A DNA stretch of 64,000 nucleotides, from assembly GCA_001004105.1 (NCBI GenBank), contig LCQK01000003.1:46805-110804 (forward strand). The letters run 5' to 3'. Positions within the stretch are counted from its first letter, which is position 1; each line of letters opens with the position of its first letter. Positions 16,980 to 27,845 of the stretch are shown here, piece by piece. The stretch is from Candidatus Jorgensenbacteria bacterium GW2011_GWB1_50_10. GTDB taxonomy: Bacteria; Patescibacteriota; Minisyncoccia; UBA6257; GWB1-50-10. The notes below the pieces were generated by a model, which saw nothing but the letters and a program-made list of their open reading frames with translations, searched no databases and was not told the origin of the DNA. The translations under genes were made by a program, and so were the position numbers.

Positions 16980-17669
16980 TTATTTTTTCTTCTCTTCTTC
17001 CTTGGGCGGTGTTTCTTTTTTCTCCGGCTCCGCTGCCTGCCTGCCGGTAGGCATGGCTTTCGCTTCGGTTTCGGCCGGAGCGGCCGGTGTTTCGGCTATC
17101 GGAGGCGGCGCAACAACTTCCTCCTTCACTTTTTCGGTTACGGTCGCAATCACGGTTTCCTCCGGCGCGAGAATTTTTACTTCGGAAGGCGCGCGCAGGT
17201 CGCTAACGTGGATGCTGTCGCCCATTTTCTCCAGCTTGCCCAAATCAACCTGAAAGGAGTGGGGGATTTTGTCGGGTAGGGATTTGACTTCAATTTCGTG
17301 CAGCACCCGGACGATCACCAAACCGGCTTTTTCCGCCGGAGCGGTGCCTGTGAATTCCACCGGCACTTTTGTTTCAATCGCCTCATCCATTTTAATTTGA
17401 TGGAAATTCACCGAAAGCGTTTTTCTGGTCAGGGGATGTTCCTGAACCTCGGAAATTAAGATTGGAATTTTTCCGCCCTTCTCGTTTATCAAATAAACGA
17501 CGGTGTGGCTGCCGGCTTTGCGGTAGACTTTAACGAAATCGTTTTCCGAAACGGCAAGGTGCTGGTTTAGAACGCCGCTCCCGAAAAGTTCGGCCGGAAC
17601 CAAACCCGCCCTCCGGAGGGATTTCACTTTTTTCCCCAAAATTTCCCTTGTTTTGACTGCGAGTTCCAT
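16980..17669 (-). CDS. rplY: 50S ribosomal protein L25 (Ctc form) with charged C-terminal tail
   Basis: MELAVKTREILGKKVKSLRRAGLVPAELFG... ; tail contains degenerate palindrome-encoded MPTGRQ. Confidence 0.85.
   Translation of the reverse strand: MELAVKTREILGKKVKSLRRAGLVPAELFGSGVLNQHLAVSENDFVKVYRKAGSHTVVYLINEKGGKIPILISEVQEHPLTRKTLSVNFHQIKMDEAIETKVPVEFTGTAPAEKAGLVIVRVLHEIEVKSLPDKIPHSFQVDLGKLEKMGDSIHVSDLRAPSEVKILAPEETVIATVTEKVKEEVVAPPPIAETPAAPAETEAKAMPTGRQAAEPEKKETPPKEEEKKK
17036..17055. repeat. degenerate copy of 20-bp palindrome (CCTGCCTGCCGGTAGGCATG, 2 mismatches), in-frame in rplY tail
   Basis: Seen in sequence; encodes MPTGRQ on - strand. Confidence 0.6.
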
Positions 17670-17675
17670 TTCTTT

Positions 17676-17900
17676 TTATTTTTTTGTTTTCTTCGTCCCA
17701 GCCTTAGCGCGTCTCGCCCGGAAGCGTTCCACCCGACCGGTTGTGTCAATCAACGTCTTCGCACCGGTGTAGAACGGGTGGCACTTGGAACAAATTTCCA
17801 CCTCGATTTTTTCCATGGTGGCGCCGACCGTAAATTTGTTGCCGCAGGCGCAAGTAACGTGGGCTTTGGGGTAGTATTGCGGGTGGATATCTTTTTTCAT
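17676..17900 (-). CDS. rpmE: 50S ribosomal protein L31
   Basis: [46 protein letters not shown]; start taken at internal ATG (ORF table extends artificially upstream through the palindrome). Confidence 0.9.
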   Translation of the reverse strand: MKKDIHPQYYPKAHVTCACGNKFTVGATMEKIEVEICSKCHPFYTGAKTLIDTTGRVERFRARRAKAGTKKTKK

Positions 17901-17912
17901 AGGTTTTAGCTC

Positions 17913-17932
17913 CCTGCCTGCCGGCAGGCAGG
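17913..17932. repeat. 20-bp perfect palindrome CCTGCCTGCCGGCAGGCAGG (copy, between rpmE start and rRNA promoter)
   Basis: Exact repeat. Confidence 0.9.
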
Positions 17933-17969
17933 TATTATTTATACATATAGTAATAGGACTGGCAAGTGC

Positions 17970-17997
17970 TTGACACCGATACAAAGTTTCCTATAAT
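17970..17997 (+). promoter_or_regulatory. consensus sigma70 promoter TTGACA-16nt-TATAAT, likely rRNA promoter
   Basis: Perfect hexamers about 175 nt upstream of 16S 5' end. Confidence 0.6.
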
Positions 17998-18120
17998 GAA
18001 AGCATTATGTAGCACGGGTTTTTAAAACTTCTGTAATATGAGTTTTAAGACACCCGCGATGGGTGTTTTGTTATCCCCGATACATAACGCAAATTGAAAA
18101 CTCCACCAGTAATTGAAAAC

Positions 18121-18135
18121 TTTTTTAGTTGTCCC
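18121..18135 (+). other. 5' half of 16S processing stem (TTTTTTAGTTGTCCC), complementary to 19783-19797
   Basis: 15-nt perfect complementarity bracketing the 16S gene, as expected for an RNase III processing helix. Confidence 0.55.
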
Positions 18136-18167
18136 AATTTATTTTGAATTTGGAAAGCCAAATTCTT

Positions 18168-19651
<1,484 letters not shown>

Positions 19652-19782
19652 TATTCTCTTCAGAGAGAGTAATAGTCGATTGCAAGATTGCTGACTGCAG
19701 GGTTCGTAATTCAGAATTCTGCAATGAGCAATTAGCAATAAAATTAGAGGTGTTAGTCGTGGAGCCTGAAGTCACGACCTTG

Positions 19783-19797
19783 GGACAACTAAAAAAG
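19783..19797 (+). other. 3' half of 16S processing stem (GGGACAACTAAAAAA)
   Basis: Reverse complement of 18121-18135. Confidence 0.55.
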
Positions 19798-19981
19798 TTT
19801 TTAATGAAAAGAAAGCGAGAATACCCTCGCTACCGTTCGCTCGCCCAGCGAGCTCGCTCACTTGCACTCTCGCCTCGCTCGTCCCGCCAAGCGGGACACC
19901 GTGCCCGCTCGGCTCAAGAGCGGCGCTCGAATATTCTCGCTTTCTTTTGCGTGGGGCAGGAAGGAATAGTATAATAATGTT

Positions 19982-20359
19982 ATGCCCGACCAGAAAACCA
20001 TCCTTTTAGTTGAAGACGAACCGCTTCTTGCGAATCTTCTGAAGCAGCGCCTGGAGAAAGAGGGTTACACAATGCTTTCCGCCGGCGACGGAGAGGAAGC
20101 GCTTTCCGTTCTAAAGGCAAATCATCCGGACCTGATACTTCTTGATATCATTTTGCCAAAAATGTCCGGCTTTGAACTGATGGAAAAATTGAAGGACAAC
20201 CCGGCTTACGGCTCATCGCCCATCGTTATCATTTCCAATTTGGGGCAGGACTCAGATATAGAGAAAGGAAAGATACTCGGCGCTATCGGTTACTTTGTCA
20301 AGGCCAAGCTTTCCATTGAGGATTTAATTAAAAGAATCAAGAGTTTTCTTAACGCCTGA
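19982..20359 (+). CDS. single-domain response regulator receiver protein (CheY-like)
   Basis: LLVEDEPLL...DLILLDIILPKMSGFEL...K; TATAAT 7 nt upstream of ATG. Confidence 0.85.
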   Translation: MPDQKTILLVEDEPLLANLLKQRLEKEGYTMLSAGDGEEALSVLKANHPDLILLDIILPKMSGFELMEKLKDNPAYGSSPIVIISNLGQDSDIEKGKILGAIGYFVKAKLSIEDLIKRIKSFLNA

Positions 20360-20440
20360 TTTATTCAAGTAAACCTAGGTTGCATACCCCCTGTGGATAA
20401 GTGCACTATCCGGGAGGGGTTAATTTGATATACTAAAAGA

Positions 20441-21038
20441 ATGAAAAAAGGTTTTACTCTTATCGAGCTTCTGGTCGTTATCGCCATTTTGGCGGTTCTT
20501 GCGACCGCAGTGGTCTTGGCTATCAACCCGGCCGAGCTCGGCCGAGCTCATTCGGCAGGCGCGGGATTCCACGAGAATCTCGGATTTGGCGGCAATAAAC
20601 AGCGCCATCGCTCTCTATTTGTCGGACATTACTTCTCCCGGCTTGGGTGGTCCGAATGGTGCTTCCTGCACTAACGCTGCCCGTTGCACTTCTGGGACAA
20701 CCGAATTTTTCTCGGCGAGCATTGGGAGCTGCGGGACAAACGCCACGACCACTGTTGACGGCAACGGCTGGGTGTCGGTTGATTTAGCGGACATCTCGAG
20801 CGGTTCGCCGCTCTCCCGTCTGCCCCTTGACCCCAATAATGGCCAAGGAAGCGGCGATTGCGCCGCCGATGGCACGACTATTTGCTTCTACGCCTTCGGC
20901 TGTAATGGCACGAACTACGAAATTAACGCGGTAATGGAGAGCACGAAATTCGCCGATGACGGCGGTGCCGCCGTTGAAGATACGGACGGCGGGGACCAAC
21001 TGGATATCTACGAAGTAGGGAACAATCTAGCCCTATAG
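20441..21038 (+). pseudogene. type IV pilin gene (copy 1) disrupted by a 10-bp tandem duplication (GGCCGAGCTC x2 at 20530-20549)
   Basis: N-frame MKKGFTLIELLVVIAILAVLATAVVLAINPAEL then frameshift; removing one 10-bp unit restores ...INPAELIRQARDSTRISDLAAINSAIALY... continuous with ORF 20499-21038. Confidence 0.7.
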
Positions 21039-21046
21039 CTTCAATG

Positions 21047-21596
21047 AAAAAAGGTTTTACTCTTATCGAGCTTCTGGTCGTTATCGCCATTTTGGCGGTT
21101 CTTGCGACCGCAGTGGTCTTGGCTATCAACCCGGCGCGTTTCTGACATTGCCGCGGTTAATAGTGCGGTTATTCTTTATCTTGCTGATGTTAGAACTCCT
21201 GGCTTAGGCGGTCCTAATGATGCGGCCTGTTCTTCGGCAACGGAACGTTGCACTGCCTCAAGCACAACAGCCAGGAAAACCGGCGGCGGTTCTTGCACCA
21301 CGCATAATACATCAACTATCGTTGACGGCAACGGTTGGGTGTCGGTTGATTTTTTGAATATTTCTTCGGATTCACCGCTATCTCGACTGCCATTCGACCC
21401 GAATAATGGGTCAACTATCTGCGGAACAGGCGTTAATGCTTGCTACTACTCATTTATTTGCAACGGCACAAGTTTTGAGATAAATGGCGCGATGGAGAGT
21501 ACTAAATTTTCTAATACTGGCGGCTCTGACGTGGAGTCCGATGATGGCGGCAATCAGGCAGACCTCTACGAGGTAGGCAACAAGCTGGATATTTAA
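21047..21596 (+). pseudogene. type IV pilin gene (copy 2), same 95-bp 5' end as copy 1, frameshifted by a deletion at the same site (about 21139-21142)
   Basis: First 95 nt identical to 20441-20535; N-frame stops at 21145 (INPARF*), remainder of pilin (RVSDIAAVNS...LGGPN...GSDSPLSRLPFDP...YEVGNKLDI) in +1 frame. Confidence 0.65.
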
Positions 21597-21605
21597 TTTA
21601 AGTTA

Positions 21606-22196
21606 ATGAACTTTGCCGGCGCTTCTTCTTTGGCGGTTTTAGTTGCCGCTTTTATTTTTCAGCTCGTTGTCTATTGGTTTAAGTCCTATAAATCTAATTG
21701 GACTCTTATTGCTTATAGGGTTAACAAGTCGCTCTTTTGGCTTGCCGCCGTTTTTGTTTTTCTTCTCTACCTCTACCTCGTCTATGCTCAATTTATTGCC
21801 TGGCGTGATGGCGGGGAACTGCTAAAACGTTTAGTGCCCCCTTACCAGAGCGTCACCTATGTTTTCGGTTATCATTTCACCCGTTTCGCGCTCTATTATT
21901 TGATTTCATTTGCCGCCTCCGTGTTGTTTTTATCGGCGGTAACTTTTTTAAATAAAAAGTTCAACGAGAAGTTCTTCGAAAAAGAAGAGCCTTATCTCGG
22001 CGCTATCGCCATTTTTCTGCTCGGCAATCCTTTATGGCGATTTGCCTGGATTTATTATTTGATAGCGTTACTTGCCGTTGCTTTTGTCGGGTCATTAGTC
22101 GTGAGTCACGTGTTAAAGAAAAGCGAGCGTTTCTCTTTATATTATTTATGGCTGCCGGTTGCTATTCTTACCTTGTTGCTGGTGAAATTTTTGTGA
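21606..22196 (+). CDS. hypothetical polytopic membrane protein (196 aa) between pilin genes and pilB
   Basis: Multiple hydrophobic helices; no recognisable motif. Confidence 0.55.
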   Translation: MNFAGASSLAVLVAAFIFQLVVYWFKSYKSNWTLIAYRVNKSLFWLAAVFVFLLYLYLVYAQFIAWRDGGELLKRLVPPYQSVTYVFGYHFTRFALYYLISFAASVLFLSAVTFLNKKFNEKFFEKEEPYLGAIAIFLLGNPLWRFAWIYYLIALLAVAFVGSLVVSHVLKKSERFSLYYLWLPVAILTLLLVKFL

Positions 22197-22405
22197 TTGG
22201 CTACCCACGCCCTAATTTTGTAAGTGTTTCCGCGGCAACCCGCTTCGCCCACCGAGGGGTGTGCCTATTCGGCACACGCAGGTTGGTGGAGATTGACTAA
22301 AATTGTGTTAGTTCAAAATTTGGAAAGGTTCTCACGGCAAAATTAGAGCGGGGTACTCAATTTTATGTTAAAATTTAACCAAGGTTAAATTTTAATAAAA
22401 TTGGT

Positions 22406-24124
22406 ATGATAAACCTCCCTCCCGAAAAATTGAAAGATATTTTGGTAAAGCAGGGGCTTATTGACCCCGCTCTTTTTGATAATCTTCAAATTGAATCCCA
22501 GAGAAAAAGGCAAGACCTCGCGGATATTCTCATCTCGCAGGGCTTGGTCAATAAAGATTACCTTTATCTTCTAATCGCCCGGGCGCTTGGCGTGGAACGG
22601 GTTAATCTGGGAGTGATGAAAATAGACGAAAACATCCTTCGTTTGATTCCTGAAGACGCCGCCCGGCGCCGAAATGTGATTGTCTTCGGCCGGGAAGCCG
22701 ACGGCAGATTTCAAGTGGCGATGGATAACCCAACCGATTTAGAAACCATTGATTTTCTCCAGCTTCGTTTGGGCGGGCCCGTGAAACCGTATCTTGCGAC
22801 TGACGAAGATTTAAACCGCGGTTTTTCGCTTTACGAAAAACGCCTCACCCAGGATTTCAAGAAAATAATTGAGGAGAGTGTCAAAGAGTCGCTGCGCTCC
22901 AAAGCCAAGGGCGATTTAAAAGAAGCGGCCTCCGATTTGCCGATCGTCGCCATCGTTGACAATCTGATGGCTTACGCGCTCTCTTCCCGCGCTTCGGACA
23001 TTCACTTTGAGGTTTTAGACGATGGAGTTTTGGTTCGCTATCGGATTGACGGTGTGCTCCACGAGGTTATCAGGATGCCGAAGGAAATCCACGCTGCCAT
23101 TGTCGCCCGCATAAAGATTTTGGCAAGCCTGCGCGTTGACGAGCACTACCGCCCCCAAGACGGCCGCTTCCGCCATAAAATCGGCGACGAATTAGTGGTG
23201 GATGTCCGCGTCTCCATCATCCCAACTTTTTACGGCGAAAAGGTTGAGCTGCGGCTTCTAGCTGCCGCCCAGAAACCCCTATCGCTTTCCGAAATCGGCG
23301 CCTCCGAAGACACGGTAAAGGTTATTCGGGAAGCCATTAAAAAAAGCTACGGAATGGTTTTAATTTGCGGTCCGACTGGTTCCGGTAAAACGACCACGCT
23401 GTACTCCATTATGAACATTTTAAATAAGCCAGACGTGAACATCATTACCGTTGAAGACCCGATTGAGTACGACATGCGCTACGTAAATCAAGTGCAGGTG
23501 AATGTCCAGGCTGGCATTACTTTTGCCTCCGGCCTGCGTTCTCTTTTAAGACAGGACCCGAACATCATTATGGTCGGCGAAATCCGCGACTCGGAAACCG
23601 CCAACATCGGCGTACAGGCGGCCCTGACCGGCCACCTGATGCTTTCTAGTTTGCACACCAATGATGCCCCGACCGCCGTGCCGCGGCTTATGGATATGGG
23701 TATCCCACCGTTTCTCGTGGCCGCAGTTTTGAATGCCGTGAGCTCCCAACGCTTGGCCCGCCGGATTCATTTGGAGTGCATTGAATCATACGCGCCCGAG
23801 GCAAGCGTTCGTGCATCCATCAGCAAAACTCTAGAGGAAATCGGCGCCGACCAGAGCCAAGTCAGAATCCCCAAGATATTTTATCGGGGCCGGGGCTGCG
23901 CCGCCTGTAATCATTCCGGTTATTACGGCCGCATAGGTCTCTTTGAAACTTTAGACGTCACCGAAAACGTGAGGAAAATCATTATTGACAGGAATTTTAG
24001 TTTGGACAATTTGCGGAAGGTCGGTCGCGAAGAGGGGATGACGACGATTTTTGAAGACGGTTTGCGGAAGGTGGAGCGCGGCTTAACAACCATCGAAGAA
24101 TTATTTAGAGTTATAAGAGAGTAA
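22406..24124 (+). CDS. pilB: type IV pilus assembly ATPase PilB (GspE family)
   Basis: N-terminal GspII_E domain, Walker A GPTGSGKTTTLY, Asp box, His box, tetracysteine motif CAAC... Confidence 0.95.
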   Translation: MINLPPEKLKDILVKQGLIDPALFDNLQIESQRKRQDLADILISQGLVNKDYLYLLIARALGVERVNLGVMKIDENILRLIPEDAARRRNVIVFGREADGRFQVAMDNPTDLETIDFLQLRLGGPVKPYLATDEDLNRGFSLYEKRLTQDFKKIIEESVKESLRSKAKGDLKEAASDLPIVAIVDNLMAYALSSRASDIHFEVLDDGVLVRYRIDGVLHEVIRMPKEIHAAIVARIKILASLRVDEHYRPQDGRFRHKIGDELVVDVRVSIIPTFYGEKVELRLLAAAQKPLSLSEIGASEDTVKVIREAIKKSYGMVLICGPTGSGKTTTLYSIMNILNKPDVNIITVEDPIEYDMRYVNQVQVNVQAGITFASGLRSLLRQDPNIIMVGEIRDSETANIGVQAALTGHLMLSSLHTNDAPTAVPRLMDMGIPPFLVAAVLNAVSSQRLARRIHLECIESYAPEASVRASISKTLEEIGADQSQVRIPKIFYRGRGCAACNHSGYYGRIGLFETLDVTENVRKIIIDRNFSLDNLRKVGREEGMTTIFEDGLRKVERGLTTIEELFRVIRE

Positions 24125-24130
24125 AATTTT

Positions 24131-25342
24131 ATGCAATATCATTACATCGCATCGCAGCCGGACGGCAAGGTGTCTGAAGGTGACGTTGACGCCAAGGACG
24201 TTGCCGAAGTCCTGACGTATCTTACCTCGCATGGGCTTCGGCCGGTTTCCGTAAAGCCGATTGCGCAAATTTCCAAAAAGAAAAGGTTGGGTCTTTTTGG
24301 CGGGACCATTAATCTAACCGACCAGATATTCCTCTCAAAATATCTGGCGCTGATGCTCAAAATCGGCACAAGCTTATTGCAAGCTATTAATATCTTGGTT
24401 GAAGATTTTCAGAAATCGTCCGTGCGGGCTTTTTTAGTGGAAATCCGCTCCAACCTTGAAAAGGGCCGACCCTTTCATACAACCTTCGCCAAATATCCGA
24501 AAATCTTCAGCCAGGTCTACATTAATCTGGTGAAAGCCGGCGAGGCCTCCGGCAACCTGGAAAATGTTTTTGAAAACCTGACGGCATCTCTCTCTAAAGA
24601 AAAAATGCTCAAAGACCAGATGCGGAGCGCGCTCGTTTACCCGATTTTGCTTCTTGTTACTTCCGCACTGATTTTGGTGTTTCTCGTCACCTTTGCCCTG
24701 CCGAAAATAGCCGGCGTTTTTTTGGAATCGGGTTTTGAGCCGCCTCTTTTTTCAAGAGTTGTTTTTAGTATCGGCCTTTTCTTCGGCAAGTTCGGGATTC
24801 TTGTGATAGCTGCCGTCTTCGGCGGTGCGATTGCGCTTGTTGCGGCCTACCGTTCCTTGCTTTTGTTCAAAAAATTCGTCACCTCCGTCATAAGTGAAAT
24901 CCCCGTCATTAAAGACATTATCAGAAAAATTGCCCTCCAGCGTTTTGCCGCTACCCTTGCATCGCTCATTAAAGCCGGCGTGCCATTAACCAATGCTCTT
25001 GAAATTACTGCTGATGCCGCTGGCAACATTGAGTTGAAACAGGCGCTTTTGCGGATTTCTCGGGAAGGATTAATGAAAGGGCTTACCGTGGGCGATGCCT
25101 TTAAAAGGGAACCATTTTTCCCGCGAACCGTCGTTAATTTAGTCGCTATTTCCGAAAAAGCCGGTCATATTGAAGAGGTTTTGGAAACGCTTGCTGATTT
25201 CTACACTTCGGAAATTGATAGTTCCTTAAAGACGCTTGTTTCATTCCTCGAGCCCGCTCTTCTTCTTGTTATCGGTTTTATAATTGGCTTGATTGCCCTT
25301 GCTATAATAGTGCCTATTTACCAGCTTACCACCCAATTCTAA
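24131..25342 (+). CDS. pilC: type IV pilus inner-membrane platform protein PilC (GspF family)
   Basis: Two T2SS-F repeats, 403 aa. Confidence 0.9.
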   Translation: MQYHYIASQPDGKVSEGDVDAKDVAEVLTYLTSHGLRPVSVKPIAQISKKKRLGLFGGTINLTDQIFLSKYLALMLKIGTSLLQAINILVEDFQKSSVRAFLVEIRSNLEKGRPFHTTFAKYPKIFSQVYINLVKAGEASGNLENVFENLTASLSKEKMLKDQMRSALVYPILLLVTSALILVFLVTFALPKIAGVFLESGFEPPLFSRVVFSIGLFFGKFGILVIAAVFGGAIALVAAYRSLLLFKKFVTSVISEIPVIKDIIRKIALQRFAATLASLIKAGVPLTNALEITADAAGNIELKQALLRISREGLMKGLTVGDAFKREPFFPRTVVNLVAISEKAGHIEEVLETLADFYTSEIDSSLKTLVSFLEPALLLVIGFIIGLIALAIIVPIYQLTTQF

Positions 25343-26430
25343 TGAGGGGCTTTACTCTTATAGAAGTTTTAATAACGGTCGCAATTATTACAGCCGTTTC
25401 CGCGGCCGGTTATGTCGCGTTTTCCAAGTTCAAAGGTTCGCAAGCCGTTGAGCTCACAATGAACGAAATTACGGCCGTCATAAAGGACGTCCAAAAAAGA
25501 GCAGTGACACAGCAGGACGGCAAGCAATGGGGGCTCCGTTTCACTAATTCAACGTCAACCACGCACAGCTATCAGGTTTGGAGCGGTCCGAGCTATGCTT
25601 CGGGAACGATTAGCAGGACCTATTACCTCGGTCGCGGCACGCTCTTCGGCAACCCCGCCGACGATCTGAATGTAGACGAAATTTTCTCGGCGATAAGCGG
25701 GAAGCTCTTGGAGACAAGAGTCATTTCTTTAATAAATCGAAGAAAAGATGGTGTTGTCGGCGACATAATTCTTACTTCCCGGGGCGCGATTACAACGAGA
25801 AAAGAGAGCGGTCTTGTCGGCTATTGGCATTTTGACGAGAGTACAGCAACAACGACTTATGACGCTTCGGGGTTTGCCAATGCCGGCACGCTCACCAACG
25901 GTCCGGCATGGCAATCGGCGTCTAATTGCAAGGCGGGGACATGTTTGAGTTTTGACGGGACGAATGATTATGTGAATGTGATTGATTCAGCCTCACTCGA
26001 TATCACTGGCGCAATCACTGTTAGCGCTTGGGTATACGCGGATAGTTACCCCTCTACTTATCCAACGGTAGTGGCAAAAGGAAACTCCGCAAGCGCTTGG
26101 GAGCTTGACGTGAAGAATGATGGAACGATCGAATGGGAAGGGTTTATCGGTGGTACTCAAAGGATTTGCAATGGTGGCTCATTTAACCTTAACCAGTGGG
26201 TTTATATTGTAGGCCTATTTGATGGTAGCGACATGAAAATATTCGTTAATGGTTCAGAGGTGAAGTCATGTTCTTTCCCAGGGGTGTTAGGTACAAATAA
26301 TTCTGCCTTGGAAATCGGTTCCAGAACCAATGGAGGCGCCGTTTGGGACGGTTTTATTGATGGAGTCCGTATCTACAACAGCGCCTTGAGCGCCCAGGAA
26401 ATTTTGAATTTATATAATGATTTAAAATAA
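25342..26430 (+). CDS. prepilin-type N-terminal cleavage/methylation protein (minor pilin) with LamG-like domain
   Basis: MRGFTLIEVLITVAII...; LamG pattern GLVGYWHFDEST...LSFDGTNDYVNV...ITVSAWVY...VRIYNSALSAQEI. Confidence 0.8.
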   Translation: MRGFTLIEVLITVAIITAVSAAGYVAFSKFKGSQAVELTMNEITAVIKDVQKRAVTQQDGKQWGLRFTNSTSTTHSYQVWSGPSYASGTISRTYYLGRGTLFGNPADDLNVDEIFSAISGKLLETRVISLINRRKDGVVGDIILTSRGAITTRKESGLVGYWHFDESTATTTYDASGFANAGTLTNGPAWQSASNCKAGTCLSFDGTNDYVNVIDSASLDITGAITVSAWVYADSYPSTYPTVVAKGNSASAWELDVKNDGTIEWEGFIGGTQRICNGGSFNLNQWVYIVGLFDGSDMKIFVNGSEVKSCSFPGVLGTNNSALEIGSRTNGGAVWDGFIDGVRIYNSALSAQEILNLYNDLK

Positions 26431-26434
26431 ATTT

Positions 26435-27700
26435 ATGAGAAGGTTCTGGCGCGATATAAAAGGACAAAGTTTGATTGAAGTTTTAATCGGTTTGGCGATT
26501 GGTGCCGTTTTAATCGGCGCTGCGAGTTTGGGCGTTACTTTCATGCTTCGCTCTAGCGCCGCCAGTCAGAATGTTCAGATTGGAACGGGTCTTGCCCAAG
26601 ATTTGGTGGACAAGGCTCGTTCCGTATCGGCCGCCAAGTGGCAGGATATTTACCACCTCACCAAAGGAACGAGCACATCTTATTTTGTAAATGCTTTTGG
26701 CACGCAGCTTGTTGTTGTAGAAGGTCAGGAAGGCGTTATCAGCAATGAAAATACGAATGGTTTGGTCGGTTACTGGAAGTTTGATGAGGCGACGAGTACG
26801 GCGACTACTACGACCTTCGACGCTTCCGGAAAGTCCAACCACGGCACTCTCACGAGCGGCGTTTCAAGAGCTACCTCAACTTGTAAAGTTAGTTATTGTT
26901 TGGATTTTGATGGAGTGGATGATTATGTTGATTCCGGAAGCGGTTCAAGTTTGGATATTACTCAAAATGTAACACTCGTGTCGTGGGTTAAGTTGGATAC
27001 TTATACCTCGGGCGGCACTAACACTGACAGGGCAAGCATTGTGCAGAAGACGGGGCAATATTATATGACAGTGAATTCAGCAAACGGAACACTCGACGCC
27101 TTCTTTGGTGGGGTCACTGGTAGTCATACGCCTTCAAATTCTACAGTTTCATTGAATCAGTGGATGCACACCGCAATCACTTATGATGGTGCAAATATAA
27201 AATGGTATATAGACGGTGTTTTAGACAAAACATCGGCCGCGACCGGTACCATTACTAGTGATCCCCGAAGCGTTCGTATCGGCGGGGAACCGGCTTTTGG
27301 TCGTTTTCTGAACGGTTCCATTGACGAAGTCCGCGTCTACAACCGCGCTCTTTCCGCCGACGAAATCCAGCGGCTTTGGAATTCCGTGCCTTTCACGCAT
27401 TACTTTAACGTTGGAAACGTAAACCGCGATACGAACGGCAATATTGTTTCCTCCGGCGGAAATGAAGATCCTTCAACCCAAAAAATCACGGTGACTGTGC
27501 AGTGGCCGGGGAGCGGCAGTAATGTCGGTCAGATTCAAATTGTTGATTATTTAACCCGCTGGCAGAACCAAGTGTTTCAGCAAAGCGATTGGCTGGGTGG
27601 TTCTGGCCAAATAGGCCCGATTACCTTACCGAATTCTAAATACGACAGCGCGACGAGCGTTTCCAACCCCGCCGGTTCAATCAGAATTCAAGGACTATAA
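26435..27700 (+). CDS. pseudopilin-like protein with LamG-like domain
   Basis: KGQSLIEVLIGLAIGAVL N-terminus; GLVGYWKFDEAT...LDFDGVDDYVD...VRVYNRALSADEI. Confidence 0.75.
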   Translation: MRRFWRDIKGQSLIEVLIGLAIGAVLIGAASLGVTFMLRSSAASQNVQIGTGLAQDLVDKARSVSAAKWQDIYHLTKGTSTSYFVNAFGTQLVVVEGQEGVISNENTNGLVGYWKFDEATSTATTTTFDASGKSNHGTLTSGVSRATSTCKVSYCLDFDGVDDYVDSGSGSSLDITQNVTLVSWVKLDTYTSGGTNTDRASIVQKTGQYYMTVNSANGTLDAFFGGVTGSHTPSNSTVSLNQWMHTAITYDGANIKWYIDGVLDKTSAATGTITSDPRSVRIGGEPAFGRFLNGSIDEVRVYNRALSADEIQRLWNSVPFTHYFNVGNVNRDTNGNIVSSGGNEDPSTQKITVTVQWPGSGSNVGQIQIVDYLTRWQNQVFQQSDWLGGSGQIGPITLPNSKYDSATSVSNPAGSIRIQGL

Positions 27701-27765
27701 TATTAGAAGGACTATAACATTAGAAGCAGATTCAAGTTTATCCGCTTCTATTAAAAAATTTCAAT

Positions 27766-27799
27766 GCTTCAATTTATCCCATATGGGATAAATTGAAGC
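27766..27799. terminator. 34-bp perfect palindrome GCTTCAATTTATCCCATATGGGATAAATTGAAGC between convergent genes
   Basis: Seen in sequence. Confidence 0.55.
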
Positions 27800-27845
27800 G
27801 GGTCTAAATTTTACTAAACAACCTTAACTTTTCTCCTACCAACCT

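Noticed and set aside
17676-17984. ORF-table version of rpmE with a 28-aa N-terminal extension ([28 protein letters not shown]...)
   Set aside because: The extension is simply read-through of the upstream palindrome copy and promoter-proximal DNA. L31 orthologs start at [10 protein letters not shown], and a GGGAG lies 9 nt before that ATG.
22230-22300. Structured-looking GC-rich segment upstream of pilB (GTGTGCC-tattc-GGCACAC within CCCACCGAGG...GGTTGGTGG), considered as a possible riboswitch (for example c-di-GMP) controlling pilus genes
   Set aside because: It has no match to the conserved GEMM or other riboswitch core sequences that I can verify from memory, and there is only one small perfect stem. 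Without covariation evidence it stays a speculation, not a feature.
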